From Aequorivita sp. UBA3180 (lineage in GTDB: Bacteria > Bacteroidota > Bacteroidia > Flavobacteriales > Flavobacteriaceae), in the NCBI GenBank assembly GCA_002364215.1, contig DEXQ01000018.1, forward strand, positions 183,287 through 247,286: a DNA stretch of 64,000 nucleotides, read 5' to 3'. The notes below the pieces were generated by a model. That model had not been told where the DNA came from and did not search any database. It saw only the letters and a program-made list of their open reading frames with translations. Of the stretch, positions 1 through 9,224 are shown in pieces. Numbering within the stretch: position 1 is the stretch's first letter; each line of letters begins with the position of its first letter. The position numbers and the translations under genes were made by a program.

Positions 1-738
1 TTTAACAATGCTGAAAAAGATTACCAACGTTTTCAAAACTTATTTGCAGAAAATAGTGCAAGCCAGAAGGAACTTGACGACCAACGCGCCCGCTACGAAA
101 TGGCAAAAGCCAGATTGGAAGGCGCAAAACAGATGAAGAACGAAGTGCAATCGCAGTTTGCCTATGTAAATCTTCGTGCGCCTTTTAATGGAGTTGTAAC
201 AAGTAAGAATATTGAAGCTGGCGATATGGCAAACCCAGGAATGCCTTTAGTTTCAGTAGAGGGTCCGGGCAATTTTGAAGTAACCGCTTCAGTGCCCGAA
301 AGTGAGATTTCAAAAATAAAATCGGGAACGGCAGTACAGGTGATTGTAAAATCGTTTGATAAAACACTTCCGGGAACAGTAACCGAAGTAAGTACTTCCG
401 CCAAAAACACTGGCGGCCAATATTTGGTAAAAGTGGTTTTGGACAAAACAGAGGTAGATATTCTTTCGGGTATGTACGCTACGGTACAATTCCCCATAGA
501 AAAGAAAACGGATGTGAGTATGGTTTTAGTGCCACAGCAAGCTATTGTAAAACGCGGACAATTAACAGGGATATACACGGTGAGCCAAAGCAATACAGCA
601 ATGCTTCGTTGGTTGCGATTGGGAAGAACTTTCGGAGATAATGTGGAAGTACTTTCGGGTTTGGCCGCAGATGAAAACTATATAGTTTCAGCCGAGGGAA
701 AGCTCTATAACGGTGCAAACATAACCATTAAACAATAA
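1..738 (+). CDS. RND efflux periplasmic adaptor (MFP), 5'-truncated by window edge
   Basis: Frame is open from base 1 (FNNAEKDYQRFQNLFAENSASQKELDD...). Has the lipoyl-like motif LRAPFNGVVT..I.AGD...PG and sits directly upstream of an AcrB-type gene. Confidence 0.9.
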   Translation, partial: FNNAEKDYQRFQNLFAENSASQKELDDQRARYEMAKARLEGAKQMKNEVQSQFAYVNLRAPFNGVVTSKNIEAGDMANPGMPLVSVEGPGNFEVTASVPESEISKIKSGTAVQVIVKSFDKTLPGTVTEVSTSAKNTGGQYLVKVVLDKTEVDILSGMYATVQFPIEKKTDVSMVLVPQQAIVKRGQLTGIYTVSQSNTAMLRWLRLGRTFGDNVEVLSGLAADENYIVSAEGKLYNGANITIKQ

Positions 739-740
739 TC

Positions 741-3700
741 ATGAAGGACGGATTAGCAGGCAAAATTGCCAAGTTATTTATAGGCTCAAAGCTTACGGTG
801 CTGTTGATGATCGTGTTTATGGTCGTAGGCGTGTGGAGCTCGTTTTTAATACCGCGCGAGGAAGAACCGCAGATTGATGTGGCCATGGCCGACATCTTTG
901 TGGGCTACCCTGGCGCATCGCCAACCGAGGTAGAATCGAGGGTGGTAAAACCTTTAGAGAAATTGGTTTCCAACATTCCGGGAGTTGAATATGTGTATTC
1001 CACTTCCTCAAATGAAGGGGCAATGGTAATAGTACAGTTTTATGTGGGTGAGGATATTGAGCGTTCCTTCGTGAAACTTTACAACGAAATGAACAAGCAT
1101 ATGGACCAAATGCCCCCGGGCGTTACCATGCCGCTTGTAAAACCCCGTGCTATTGATGATGTTCCGATGTTGGGGATAACGCTATGGAGCGAAAATTATG
1201 ACGATTTTCAACTGAAACAGATTGCAGACGAGCTTACCCAGGAAATTGAAGAAGTAAACCAAGTTTCCGCTACCCAGAAAATAGGGGGTAGAAACAGACA
1301 GTTGCGGGTGGTATTGGATAAAGATAAACTGGCAGCAAGTGGTTTGGACTTTTTGGGCGTTGCCGAAATGATAAAGGCAAACAACCAGCAAATGGGCTCG
1401 GGCGGTTTTGATAAGAACGATACGGAGTTTTTGGTTACCACCGGAAATTTCCTAAAATCCGCAACCGATGTTGAAAACTTGGTTGTTGGGGTACAGCAGA
1501 ACCAGCCTATTTATTTAAAGCAAGTTGCAGCTATTTTTGACGGTCCCGAAATTCCGAGGCAATATGTTTCCTTTGGGTTTGGGGGCGCAAGTGATAATAT
1601 TTCAAAGTATCCTTCGGAATATCCAGCCGTGACCATTTCGGTAGCAAAAAGAAAAGGCGCCGATGCAATGAAAATTGCAGATGTGATTATTGATAAAGTA
1701 GATCATTTGCGAAGCAATTTAATTCCAGATGACGTTCACGTGGAAATCACGCGAAATTACGGGGAAACCGCTTCCCAAAAAGTTTCGGAATTGTTGATGC
1801 ACCTAATAGGGGCAATCCTTGCCGTTACCTTGATTGTAATGCTCGCAATGGGCTGGCGCGGTGGTTTGGTGGTATTTCTTTCAGTACCAATTACGTTTGC
1901 ACTAACGCTTTTGAGCTATTATTTGCTTGATTATACATTGAATAGAATTACACTTTTCGCCTTGGTATTTGTAACGGGAATTGTGGTGGACGACTCTATT
2001 ATAATTGCCGAAAATATGCACCGGCATTTCAAGATGAAACGCTTGCCTTTTAAGCAGGCTGCCATTTACGCCATAAACGAAGTAGGAAACCCAACCATTT
2101 TGGCAACCTTTACGGTAATCGCTTCGGTATTGCCAATGGCTTTTGTTTCGGGATTGATGGGGCCATATATGTCTCCAATGCCAATTGGAGCTTCCATTGC
2201 AATGATACTTTCATTGTTTGTGGCTTTAACGATAACACCTTATTTGGGCTACATTTTCCTAAGAGAAAAAGAGAAGAAAGGAAAAACTCCAAAAGAAGAA
2301 AAACCTTTGGAAAGTACATTCATTTACAGGATTTATTCAAAAATGGAAACGCCTTTAATTGAAAACAAAAAGACGCGTTGGCTGTTTTTAGGAATTACCG
2401 TTGTAATGCTTTTGGGTTCTGTAATGATGTTCTTTACAAAATCGGTTGCCGTGAAAATGCTGCCTTTCGACAATAAAAACGAAATGCAGGTAGTGATCGA
2501 TATGCCCGAGGGAACCACCTTGGAGCGCACCGCAGTGGTTGCCCGCGAAATTGGACAATACCTTTCCACACAACCGCTGGTAGTGAATTATCAAAATTAT
2601 GTGGGTACTTCGGCACCGATAACCTTTAACGGTTTGGTACGTCACTACGACCTGCGTGGCGGAAGTAATATGGCCGATATACAAGTGAATCTGGTAGGAA
2701 AGGGAGACCGGAGCGAACAGAGCCACGATATAGCAAAATTGATTCGTCCACGTATTCAAGAAATAGGAAAGAAGTTTGGCGCCAATGTGAAGATAGTAGA
2801 AGTGCCACCGGGACCGCCTGTGCTTTCTACTATAGTTGCTGAAATATATGGGCCGGATTATGACCAGCAAATTGCAGTTGCAAAAAGTGTTGAGAACATT
2901 CTAAACGAAACCCAAGATGTAGTAGATGTGGATTGGATGGTGGAAGCCGACCAAATAGAATACGAATTCGTAATAGACAAAGAAAAGGCAATGCGCTACG
3001 GCGTGGCGCCGCAACAGATTGTTTATACGATGAATATGGCGCTTTCGGATAGACCCGTTACCAATCTGTATGACGAAACCGTTACCAAACAAGTAGGGAT
3101 TTTGCTTGCATTGGATGAAAAGGAAAAATCGACCATTCAGGATATTTCACAGTTAAAGATTGCTTCCAAACAAGGCAATATGGTTACTGTGGGCGATTTG
3201 GTAAACATCCAGGAAAGCACCCGTGCAAAAAGCATTTATCGCAAAAACCAAAAACGTGTGGTTTATGTGTTGGCCGATATGGCGGGAGAACTCGAGAGTC
3301 CTGTTTACGCTATTTTAGGAATGACCGATAAGCTGAATAATATTGAACTACCAGCTGGTTACAAAATGAACGAATTGTATTTGCAACAGCCCGAGCACGA
3401 AGACGACTTTACCGTGAAATGGGATGGTGAATGGCAGATTACGCTGGAAGTATTCCGCGATTTGGGAATTGCTTTTTTGGGAGTAATCATAATTATTTAC
3501 ATTTTGATTGTAGGTTGGTTCCAAAACTTTAAAGCGCCTGTGGTAATGATGGTTGCAATACCATTATCTTTAATCGGGATTGTACTTGGCCACTGGATTA
3601 TGGGGGCGTTTTTCACCGCAACCTCCTTTATTGGGATGATCGCACTTGCGGGAATTATGGTACGGAACTCGGTATTGTTGATTGATTTCGTCAACCTTAG

Positions 3701-3935
3701 AACTGCGGAAGGAATTCCGTTAAAACAGGCCGTAATTGAAGCTGGCGCGGTGCGAACCACCCCAATATTATTGACGGCAGGAACTGTTGTTATTGGAGCA
3801 TTTGTAATTCTTTTCGATCCAATTTTTCAAGGGCTTGCCATTTCACTTATGGGTGGAACTATTGTTTCCACGGTGCTGACGCTACTAGTTGTGCCATTGG
3901 TTTACTATATGATTGAGCGGAAAAACTATAAATAG
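741..3935 (+). CDS. AcrB/AcrD/AcrF family RND transporter permease
   Basis: 1064 aa with 12-TM RND layout, PREEEPQI, TM4 IVVDDSIIIAEN and GAVRTTPILLTAG. Confidence 0.95.
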   Translation: MKDGLAGKIAKLFIGSKLTVLLMIVFMVVGVWSSFLIPREEEPQIDVAMADIFVGYPGASPTEVESRVVKPLEKLVSNIPGVEYVYSTSSNEGAMVIVQFYVGEDIERSFVKLYNEMNKHMDQMPPGVTMPLVKPRAIDDVPMLGITLWSENYDDFQLKQIADELTQEIEEVNQVSATQKIGGRNRQLRVVLDKDKLAASGLDFLGVAEMIKANNQQMGSGGFDKNDTEFLVTTGNFLKSATDVENLVVGVQQNQPIYLKQVAAIFDGPEIPRQYVSFGFGGASDNISKYPSEYPAVTISVAKRKGADAMKIADVIIDKVDHLRSNLIPDDVHVEITRNYGETASQKVSELLMHLIGAILAVTLIVMLAMGWRGGLVVFLSVPITFALTLLSYYLLDYTLNRITLFALVFVTGIVVDDSIIIAENMHRHFKMKRLPFKQAAIYAINEVGNPTILATFTVIASVLPMAFVSGLMGPYMSPMPIGASIAMILSLFVALTITPYLGYIFLREKEKKGKTPKEEKPLESTFIYRIYSKMETPLIENKKTRWLFLGITVVMLLGSVMMFFTKSVAVKMLPFDNKNEMQVVIDMPEGTTLERTAVVAREIGQYLSTQPLVVNYQNYVGTSAPITFNGLVRHYDLRGGSNMADIQVNLVGKGDRSEQSHDIAKLIRPRIQEIGKKFGANVKIVEVPPGPPVLSTIVAEIYGPDYDQQIAVAKSVENILNETQDVVDVDWMVEADQIEYEFVIDKEKAMRYGVAPQQIVYTMNMALSDRPVTNLYDETVTKQVGILLALDEKEKSTIQDISQLKIASKQGNMVTVGDLVNIQESTRAKSIYRKNQKRVVYVLADMAGELESPVYAILGMTDKLNNIELPAGYKMNELYLQQPEHEDDFTVKWDGEWQITLEVFRDLGIAFLGVIIIIYILIVGWFQNFKAPVVMMVAIPLSLIGIVLGHWIMGAFFTATSFIGMIALAGIMVRNSVLLIDFVNLRTAEGIPLKQAVIEAGAVRTTPILLTAGTVVIGAFVILFDPIFQGLAISLMGGTIVSTVLTLLVVPLVYYMIERKNYK

Positions 3936-4027
3936 ACTTAAGACCGCTGCGCTTTAGGACATAAGACATAAGAATAAAGAACAGATTTGTTTTAATAAAA
4001 AATATAATATCAATAAAAAATGAACCA

Positions 4028-4333
4028 ATGAAACTACTAATTGTAACCGTTGTGGACGAATATCAAAAAGACGTGCTGCAACTTTTCAAAAAAGCGAATA
4101 TTGAGAGCTACAGCGGCTCTGATATTGAAGGCTATAAAAATGCTTCGTCTTTCATGATGAATTCCAGTTGGTTTCCATCGGAAAAAGGAGGGGCGGACAG
4201 CAGTATGTTTTTCTCATTTACTGAAGATGAAAAGATTGATTTGTTTTTCAGCTTAGTGGTTCAATTCAATGAAACGTTGGAGACCAACAACCCAATTCAC
4301 GCGGTGGTGGTGCCCATAGAGCGGAGCATTTAA
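4028..4333 (+). CDS. Small conserved protein, possible P-II/GlnB-like fold
   Basis: 101 aa ORF after the RND gene. The beta-alpha-beta start MKLLIVTV...V..LFKKANI..YS resembles P-II-like proteins (fold is inference). Confidence 0.55.
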   Translation: MKLLIVTVVDEYQKDVLQLFKKANIESYSGSDIEGYKNASSFMMNSSWFPSEKGGADSSMFFSFTEDEKIDLFFSLVVQFNETLETNNPIHAVVVPIERSI

Positions 4334-4341
4334 GCAATTAA

Positions 4342-4418
4342 CAGTTATCAGTTATCAGTTATCAGTTGTCGGTTTTCTGTTGCTTGTTGTCTGTTTTGGG
4401 TTTTCAGTAATAAGTTAT
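4342..4418 (+). repeat. Degenerate 7-bp tandem repeat (CAGTTAT-type, about 11 units)
   Basis: cagttat x3, cagttgt, cggtttt, ctgttgc, ttgttgt, ctgtttt, gggtttt, cagtaat, aagttat read directly. Confidence 0.75.
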
Positions 4419-4479
4419 TAATTCTCACCACTCACTACTAAATATTAATAAACTCTATAAGAACTTAAATTAAATAATT

Positions 4480-4686
4480 ATGATTAACAGATATATTAGG
4501 GCAATTGCCGGAACTTTTATTTTGATCAGCCTTATTTTGGCTGTTTATGTGAATATAAATTGGTTGTGGTTCACAGGTTTTGTGGGTGCCAACTTGCTAC
4601 AATCATCATTTACAAAATGGTGCTTGATGGAAAAAATCCTTAAAAAACTTGGCGTAAAGGACGAAGGAGAGAGCTGTTGCGCTTAG
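4480..4686 (+). CDS. DUF2892 (YgaP-like) small membrane protein
   Basis: 68 aa; R..RAIAG.FIL.SL.L...VN.NWL.FT.FVGANL.QS.FTKWC.M pattern. Confidence 0.85.
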   Translation: MINRYIRAIAGTFILISLILAVYVNINWLWFTGFVGANLLQSSFTKWCLMEKILKKLGVKDEGESCCA

Positions 4687-4714
4687 TGTTCCTCATCAAA
4701 AAAACTATTTATAC

Positions 4715-4750
4715 AAATCCCGCTGCAGAAAATTGTAAGTGGGATTTTTT
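4715..4750 (+). terminator. Rho-independent terminator
   Basis: aaatcccgctgca...tgtaagtgggattt imperfect stem followed by a T tract. Confidence 0.6.
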
Positions 4751-4767
4751 ATGAATACCATTACAAT

Positions 4768-4781
4768 ATGACTTTAGTCAT
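4768..4781 (+). promoter_or_regulatory. FNR-like box upstream of hpf-usp
   Basis: ATGAC-TTTA-GTCAT; TATATTTG at 4804 (22-bp gap). Confidence 0.8.
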
Positions 4782-4837
4782 TTTAAAACCCACAAATTCT
4801 GGATATATTTGAGATGTATAAAAAAATTAAGAGTATC

Positions 4838-5137
4838 ATGACTATAAACATTCAGTATGTGAAAATGCCCACCAGTGAGGCGATGAACGAATATGTTGAA
4901 AAAAAACTTCAAAAACTTGCAGAAAAGTATGAGTGGCTTATTAGAGCCGATGTAAGTTTTAAGTTGGAAAACAACGTTTACGGCAAAGGCAATATATGTG
5001 AAATGGAACTGAGCCTTCCGGGACCTAAAATTTTTGCAACATCAAAAGAGGCAACTTTTGAAGCGGCCGCAAAAGAAACAATTTCAGACCTTGAAAAACA
5101 GCTTAAAAAGCGCAAGGCAAAATTCACAACACACTAA
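4838..5137 (+). CDS. hpf: Ribosome hibernation promoting factor / RaiA family (short form)
   Basis: MTINIQ...SEAMNEYVEKKLQKL...C.....LPG..IFA......FEAA..E....LEKQL.KRK. The ATG at 4838 is preferred over 4814 because of the promoter position. Confidence 0.85.
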   Translation: MTINIQYVKMPTSEAMNEYVEKKLQKLAEKYEWLIRADVSFKLENNVYGKGNICEMELSLPGPKIFATSKEATFEAAAKETISDLEKQLKKRKAKFTTH

Positions 5138-5149
5138 AAACCAGTACAG

Positions 5150-5986
5150 ATGAAAAAAATATTAGTCCCCGTAGATTTTTCCGACCATTCAGAATATGCG
5201 TTGGAAGTAGCTGCTAACATTGCAAAAAAGCAAAATGCCGAAATCGTTGCGGTACATATGATGGGTCTTAGTGACGCAGTTTTAACGCGCGATGAAAGCA
5301 AGGAAGTTTTTGAGGCGATGTTTTATATGAAACTTGCAGAAAAGCGTTTTGCCGAATTCCTTGACAAAGAATACCTAAAAGGAATTACGGTTACCGATGC
5401 GGTCCACAATTATAAAATTTTTAGTGAATTGAATGATGTGGCCCGAGATTTTGGAGCAGATTTAATAGTAATGGGATCTCACGGAAGTTCCGGTTTAAAA
5501 GAGGTTTTCGTAGGAAGTAACACAGAAAAAGTAGTGCGCACTTCCGAAATACCTGTTTTGGTAATAAAGCACCGTCATGAAAATTTCAATCCAGAATTTG
5601 GGGTGTTCGCCTGCGACTTTTTGGAAAACTCAATAGGACCGTACAAGCGCGCCCAAAAAATGTTTGATGCTTTGGGGATAGAGATGCAAACGCTTTATGT
5701 AAACCTAGCAGGCGATTTCCGCAGCACCCGTGAAATTGAAAAAAGAATCCTCGGGTTTTTGAAAAGCGCAGGAGAGGCAAACCCACTTGAAACACTGAAC
5801 AAAGTAGCACAGTACAATGAATATTCTGTAGAAGCTGGAATTTTTGGCTACAGCCAAGTAAGTAATGCCGATATTATTGCATTGCCTACGCAAGGCCGTC
5901 AAGGTTTGGCACATTTCTTTTCTGGAAGTATAGGCGAAGATGTAGTAAACCATTCTGACTTGCCGGTAATGACTTTTAAAGTTTAG
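5150..5986 (+). CDS. Universal stress protein (tandem USP domains)
   Basis: MKKILVPVDFS, DLIVMGSHGSSG...GSNTEKVVR...PVLVI. Confidence 0.95.
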   Translation: MKKILVPVDFSDHSEYALEVAANIAKKQNAEIVAVHMMGLSDAVLTRDESKEVFEAMFYMKLAEKRFAEFLDKEYLKGITVTDAVHNYKIFSELNDVARDFGADLIVMGSHGSSGLKEVFVGSNTEKVVRTSEIPVLVIKHRHENFNPEFGVFACDFLENSIGPYKRAQKMFDALGIEMQTLYVNLAGDFRSTREIEKRILGFLKSAGEANPLETLNKVAQYNEYSVEAGIFGYSQVSNADIIALPTQGRQGLAHFFSGSIGEDVVNHSDLPVMTFKV

Positions 5987-6016
5987 TTAATTGCTATCGA
6001 CATCAATTAACGATGA

Positions 6017-6054
6017 AAGAGCAGAAATTTCGTAGATGGGTTTCTGCTTTTTTT
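6017..6054. terminator. Bidirectional terminator between convergent usp and deoD
   Basis: agcagaaa / tttctgct stem with an A run before and a T run after. Confidence 0.65.
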
Positions 6055-6057
6055 ATT

Positions 6058-6768
6058 TCACAAAAGGGTGTTGAGCGCAATCTCAATCATTTTTGAAAAA
6101 CTGCCCTCACGTTCGTCGGCAGTTGTACTTTCACCTGTAACTAATGAATCGGAGATTGTTAAAATAGCCAAAGCCTTTACATTGAATTTTGCCGCTATGG
6201 TATAAAGTCCGGCGGCTTCCATTTCAACGCAGAGCACTCCAAAATCTGCCCACTTTTTATAGTTGTTGAAGTCATCTTCATAAAACTGATCGCTGGAAAG
6301 CACATTGCCTGCTTTTATGGGAATATTGTTTTCCTTGGCATAAAGTGCGGCTTTCATAAACAGATCGAAATCGGCAGTGGGCGAGTAGTCGCAATTTACA
6401 AAACGGGTGTTGTTAATGCCCGAAGTGGAAGAGGCTGCCATTGCAATAACGATATCACGAATATTAATATCCTTTTGATAGCTTCCAGCTGAACCAACGC
6501 GAATTAAATTTTTCACCCCGTAATCGTTAATAAGTTCGTGGCAATATATCAACGCTGAAGGAATGCCCATGCCCGTGCCTTGTACTGAAATAGGTTTTCC
6601 TTGGAAAGTCCCAGTATATCCCAACATGCCGCGTACGTCGTTATAGCATTTGGCATTGTCAAGAAAAGTTTCCGCAATCCATTTGGCGCGCATCGGGTCG
6701 CCGGGAAGTAAAACCGATTCTGCAATCTCACCTTTTTTTGCTTCAATATGTGTGCTCATCTTTGTCAT
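6058..6768 (-). CDS. deoD: Purine nucleoside phosphorylase (DeoD type)
   Basis: LLPGDPMRAKWIA, GTGMGIPS, LIRVGSAG, VEMEAAGLY, TISDSL. Confidence 0.95.
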   Translation of the reverse strand: MTKMSTHIEAKKGEIAESVLLPGDPMRAKWIAETFLDNAKCYNDVRGMLGYTGTFQGKPISVQGTGMGIPSALIYCHELINDYGVKNLIRVGSAGSYQKDINIRDIVIAMAASSTSGINNTRFVNCDYSPTADFDLFMKAALYAKENNIPIKAGNVLSSDQFYEDDFNNYKKWADFGVLCVEMEAAGLYTIAAKFNVKALAILTISDSLVTGESTTADEREGSFSKMIEIALNTLL

Positions 6769-7414
6769 TTTTGGCGGCGGTTACAATTTCAATTCCCGAA
6801 GAGGTTCCAATTCTGTTAACGCCTATTTCTATATATTTTTTGGCGGTAGCGGCATCTTTTATTCCGCCAGAGGCTTTTATTTTTAGACTATCGCCCACTT
6901 CTTCAACCATTATTTTTACTGCATTTTCAGTTGCGCCGCCTGTTCCGAAGCCTGTTGAGGTCTTTACATAATCGGCACCCGCCTGTTTCGCAATCTGGCA
7001 AGCTATCTGTATTTCATTATCTGTTAAATAGCAAGTTTCAAGGATTACTTTTAAGGTTTGGCTACCAATTGCTTTTTTCACGGCAGCAATTTCCTCTTGA
7101 ACTTGCTTGTGCAATTCAGCTTTAAGAAAACCTATGTTTAGTACCATATCAATTTCATCGGCACCGTCAATTATACATTGTTCTGCTTCACATACTTTGG
7201 CCTGAAGATTATTTGCACCCAAAGGAAATCCAACTACTGAAGCTACTTTTACATCGCTGTTCTTTAATTCATTTGCAGCTAATGAAACGTAACAACTGTT
7301 TACGCAAACCGCGTAAAAGTTATGTTTTTTTGCTTCATTACAGAGCTTTACAATTTCATTCGGAATAGCAGAGGCTTTTAGGAGGGTATGGTCTATGTAA
7401 TGGCTCAGTTCCAT
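6743..7414 (-). CDS. deoC: Deoxyribose-phosphate aldolase
   Basis: IDHTLLK, VVGFPLG, EIDMV.N, KVILET, YVKTSTGF, KASGGI, RIGTSSG. Likely ATG at 7414 overlaps the trxA stop. Confidence 0.95.
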   Translation of the reverse strand: MELSHYIDHTLLKASAIPNEIVKLCNEAKKHNFYAVCVNSCYVSLAANELKNSDVKVASVVGFPLGANNLQAKVCEAEQCIIDGADEIDMVLNIGFLKAELHKQVQEEIAAVKKAIGSQTLKVILETCYLTDNEIQIACQIAKQAGADYVKTSTGFGTGGATENAVKIMVEEVGDSLKIKASGGIKDAATAKKYIEIGVNRIGTSSGIEIVTAAKNDKDEHTY

Positions 7415-7716
7415 TAATTTTTGTGTTGATTGATGATGGAAACCAAATCGTTTTTCTGCAGGACGCCACTTTGTCGCCAAAGTTGCTTGCCGTTTTTGAA
7501 TAGAATCATCGTTGGCACCCCGCGCACTTGGAATTGCGCGGCCAAGGGTTGGTTTTTGTCAACATCTATTTTTACGATTTTTACGGCATCGCCCAATTCG
7601 TCTTTCACCTGTTTTAGGATGGGGGCAAGCATTTTGCAGGGGCCGCACCAATCTGCAAAAAAGTCAACCAATACGGGAGTATTGGAATTGATTATGTCTT
7701 TGAAGTTGCTTTTCAT
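7414..7716 (-). CDS. trxA: Thioredoxin
   Basis: VDFFADWCGPCKM, KIDVD, VRGVPT. Confidence 0.93.
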   Translation of the reverse strand: MKSNFKDIINSNTPVLVDFFADWCGPCKMLAPILKQVKDELGDAVKIVKIDVDKNQPLAAQFQVRGVPTMILFKNGKQLWRQSGVLQKNDLVSIINQHKN

Positions 7717-7767
7717 TGGAAGAGTTGTCGGTTATCTGTTGTCGGTTTTAATCTGTTTTCTTTTATT

Positions 7768-8637
7768 TCAACCAAGCAATGGGTTCTTTTTATACTTTCG
7801 TAAAACAGGCATTAGCATTTCCAGCGGAATTTTGATGGAATAGGTTCCTGTGTAGGATGGGCAGATTACGCAGTCGTCAAAATAAAACTCTACTACATCA
7901 TCATTTATTACGAAGTTGTTTTTTGCGTCAAAGAAATCGTCGGCAGAAATAGCCCAACAGTCGTAATACATTTCGCCCGAATTTATTTTTTCCTTTAAAA
8001 GTGTATTTAAGATTTCGCGAAGTTCCTCTTCAGAACCGCTGTTAAAAAAATCTTCGTAGTTCATAAAAACGGCCCGTTCCAGATCAAAGTTCAAACAATC
8101 AAACGTATAGGCTGCGTGGGCTGCGCCTGTGTAATGGTTTTCTTTGTAAAAAAGCACGCTGATAAGGCGGTCGTTTAGGTTGTAGATTTTATAATCAACT
8201 GTTCGCAATTCGTTTTGTTTTGGAATTCCTAGGGAGTCGCAGAGCCGCTTTTCTTCCAGAATCTGTTTTTCAACTCCTTTGGCATCCAGGTAATATTTGC
8301 TGATGTATTCGTTGAAATTTTCGAACTGAGGCCTTATTTTTTCGTTTAGATATGGATATTTAAAATCGAGGGTGTACCAATCGCCTTCCTTTAAAAATGA
8401 TTTTGAAATCAGTAGTTTCTCAAGTTCTTCTTTTGAGTCTTTTTTCTCAAGCAACTCCTTTCGTTTTATAATAAGGGTTTGTTGCTGCGTTTCCAGATTT
8501 TTATCAGAAACCTTTAGGGAATCAACAATTTCTTCTTGATTATTGATAGGGGTAGAAGTATCAACCTCCTCCTTTTTGGGATCGTTTTTACAGGCGATTA
8601 ATGTGAAAAAAAATAAAATTGGAAGAAAAACTTTCAT
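7768..8637 (-). CDS. Lipoprotein, DUF3298/RsiV-like
   Basis: Lipobox LIAC; C-terminal YTGAAH....F....FDL and F.I.DD...FYF...I.PSY.G...I.IP patterns. Confidence 0.65.
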   Translation of the reverse strand: MKVFLPILFFFTLIACKNDPKKEEVDTSTPINNQEEIVDSLKVSDKNLETQQQTLIIKRKELLEKKDSKEELEKLLISKSFLKEGDWYTLDFKYPYLNEKIRPQFENFNEYISKYYLDAKGVEKQILEEKRLCDSLGIPKQNELRTVDYKIYNLNDRLISVLFYKENHYTGAAHAAYTFDCLNFDLERAVFMNYEDFFNSGSEEELREILNTLLKEKINSGEMYYDCWAISADDFFDAKNNFVINDDVVEFYFDDCVICPSYTGTYSIKIPLEMLMPVLRKYKKNPLLG

Positions 8638-8710
8638 GTTTTTTGGGGTTTTAAATCATAAAAATAGGGAAAGAATGATAGTGATAAAAGCGAAAGTTTA
8701 ATTATGTATA

Positions 8711-9115
8711 TTAATTTTCCAACAGCATTTTTAATTTTGCAAGCATAATCACTTCACTTTTGTTCTTTGCTGCAAAGGAACTGGCAATAGCGTTTGCTGT
8801 CTTCCAGATTAGATCCTTTCGTTCTTTGGTGAAAAGCTTGGGGTTCTCTTTTTTATAATCTGCAAAACTCTCAAAACAATCGCTTGCGTCAAGCTGTTCG
8901 TAGTCAAACCAATCAAATACAACTTCTATCTGGTATGCGGCATCTGAATGGAAGGGATCCTCATAATCGTCCAGGTTTTTCCATTGTTCCGCCACAATGT
9001 TTTTCAAAATATCATATTCTGCTTTCCGCACCACTTTGTCCGCCGCGGCAATGGCGTAAAAAAGTTCGCCCATTTTTTGATAAAACAGGAGTTGAGGTTT
9101 ATCAACGGTTCCCAT
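8711..9115 (-). CDS. TerB-like protein
   Basis: LFYAIAAADKVVRKAE matches the TerB AADG....E motif. Confidence 0.6.
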   Translation of the reverse strand: MGTVDKPQLLFYQKMGELFYAIAAADKVVRKAEYDILKNIVAEQWKNLDDYEDPFHSDAAYQIEVVFDWFDYEQLDASDCFESFADYKKENPKLFTKERKDLIWKTANAIASSFAAKNKSEVIMLAKLKMLLEN

Positions 9116-9174
9116 ATTCTTTAATTTAATGATTCTTAAAGGTGTAAAACTAAATAGTTTTCAAACGAAATTTT

Positions 9175-9188
9175 ATGATAAAAATCAG
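9175..9188 (-). promoter_or_regulatory. FNR-like box in the divergent terB-like / kinase promoter
   Basis: Minus strand CTGAT-TTTT-ATCAT with TAGTTTTA (9145-9152) at a 22-bp gap. On the plus strand TACTTTTG (9213) is at 24 bp. Confidence 0.7.
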
Positions 9189-9224
9189 TTCCAAAAAACT
9201 GTTTAAAATCCTTACTTTTGGGGG

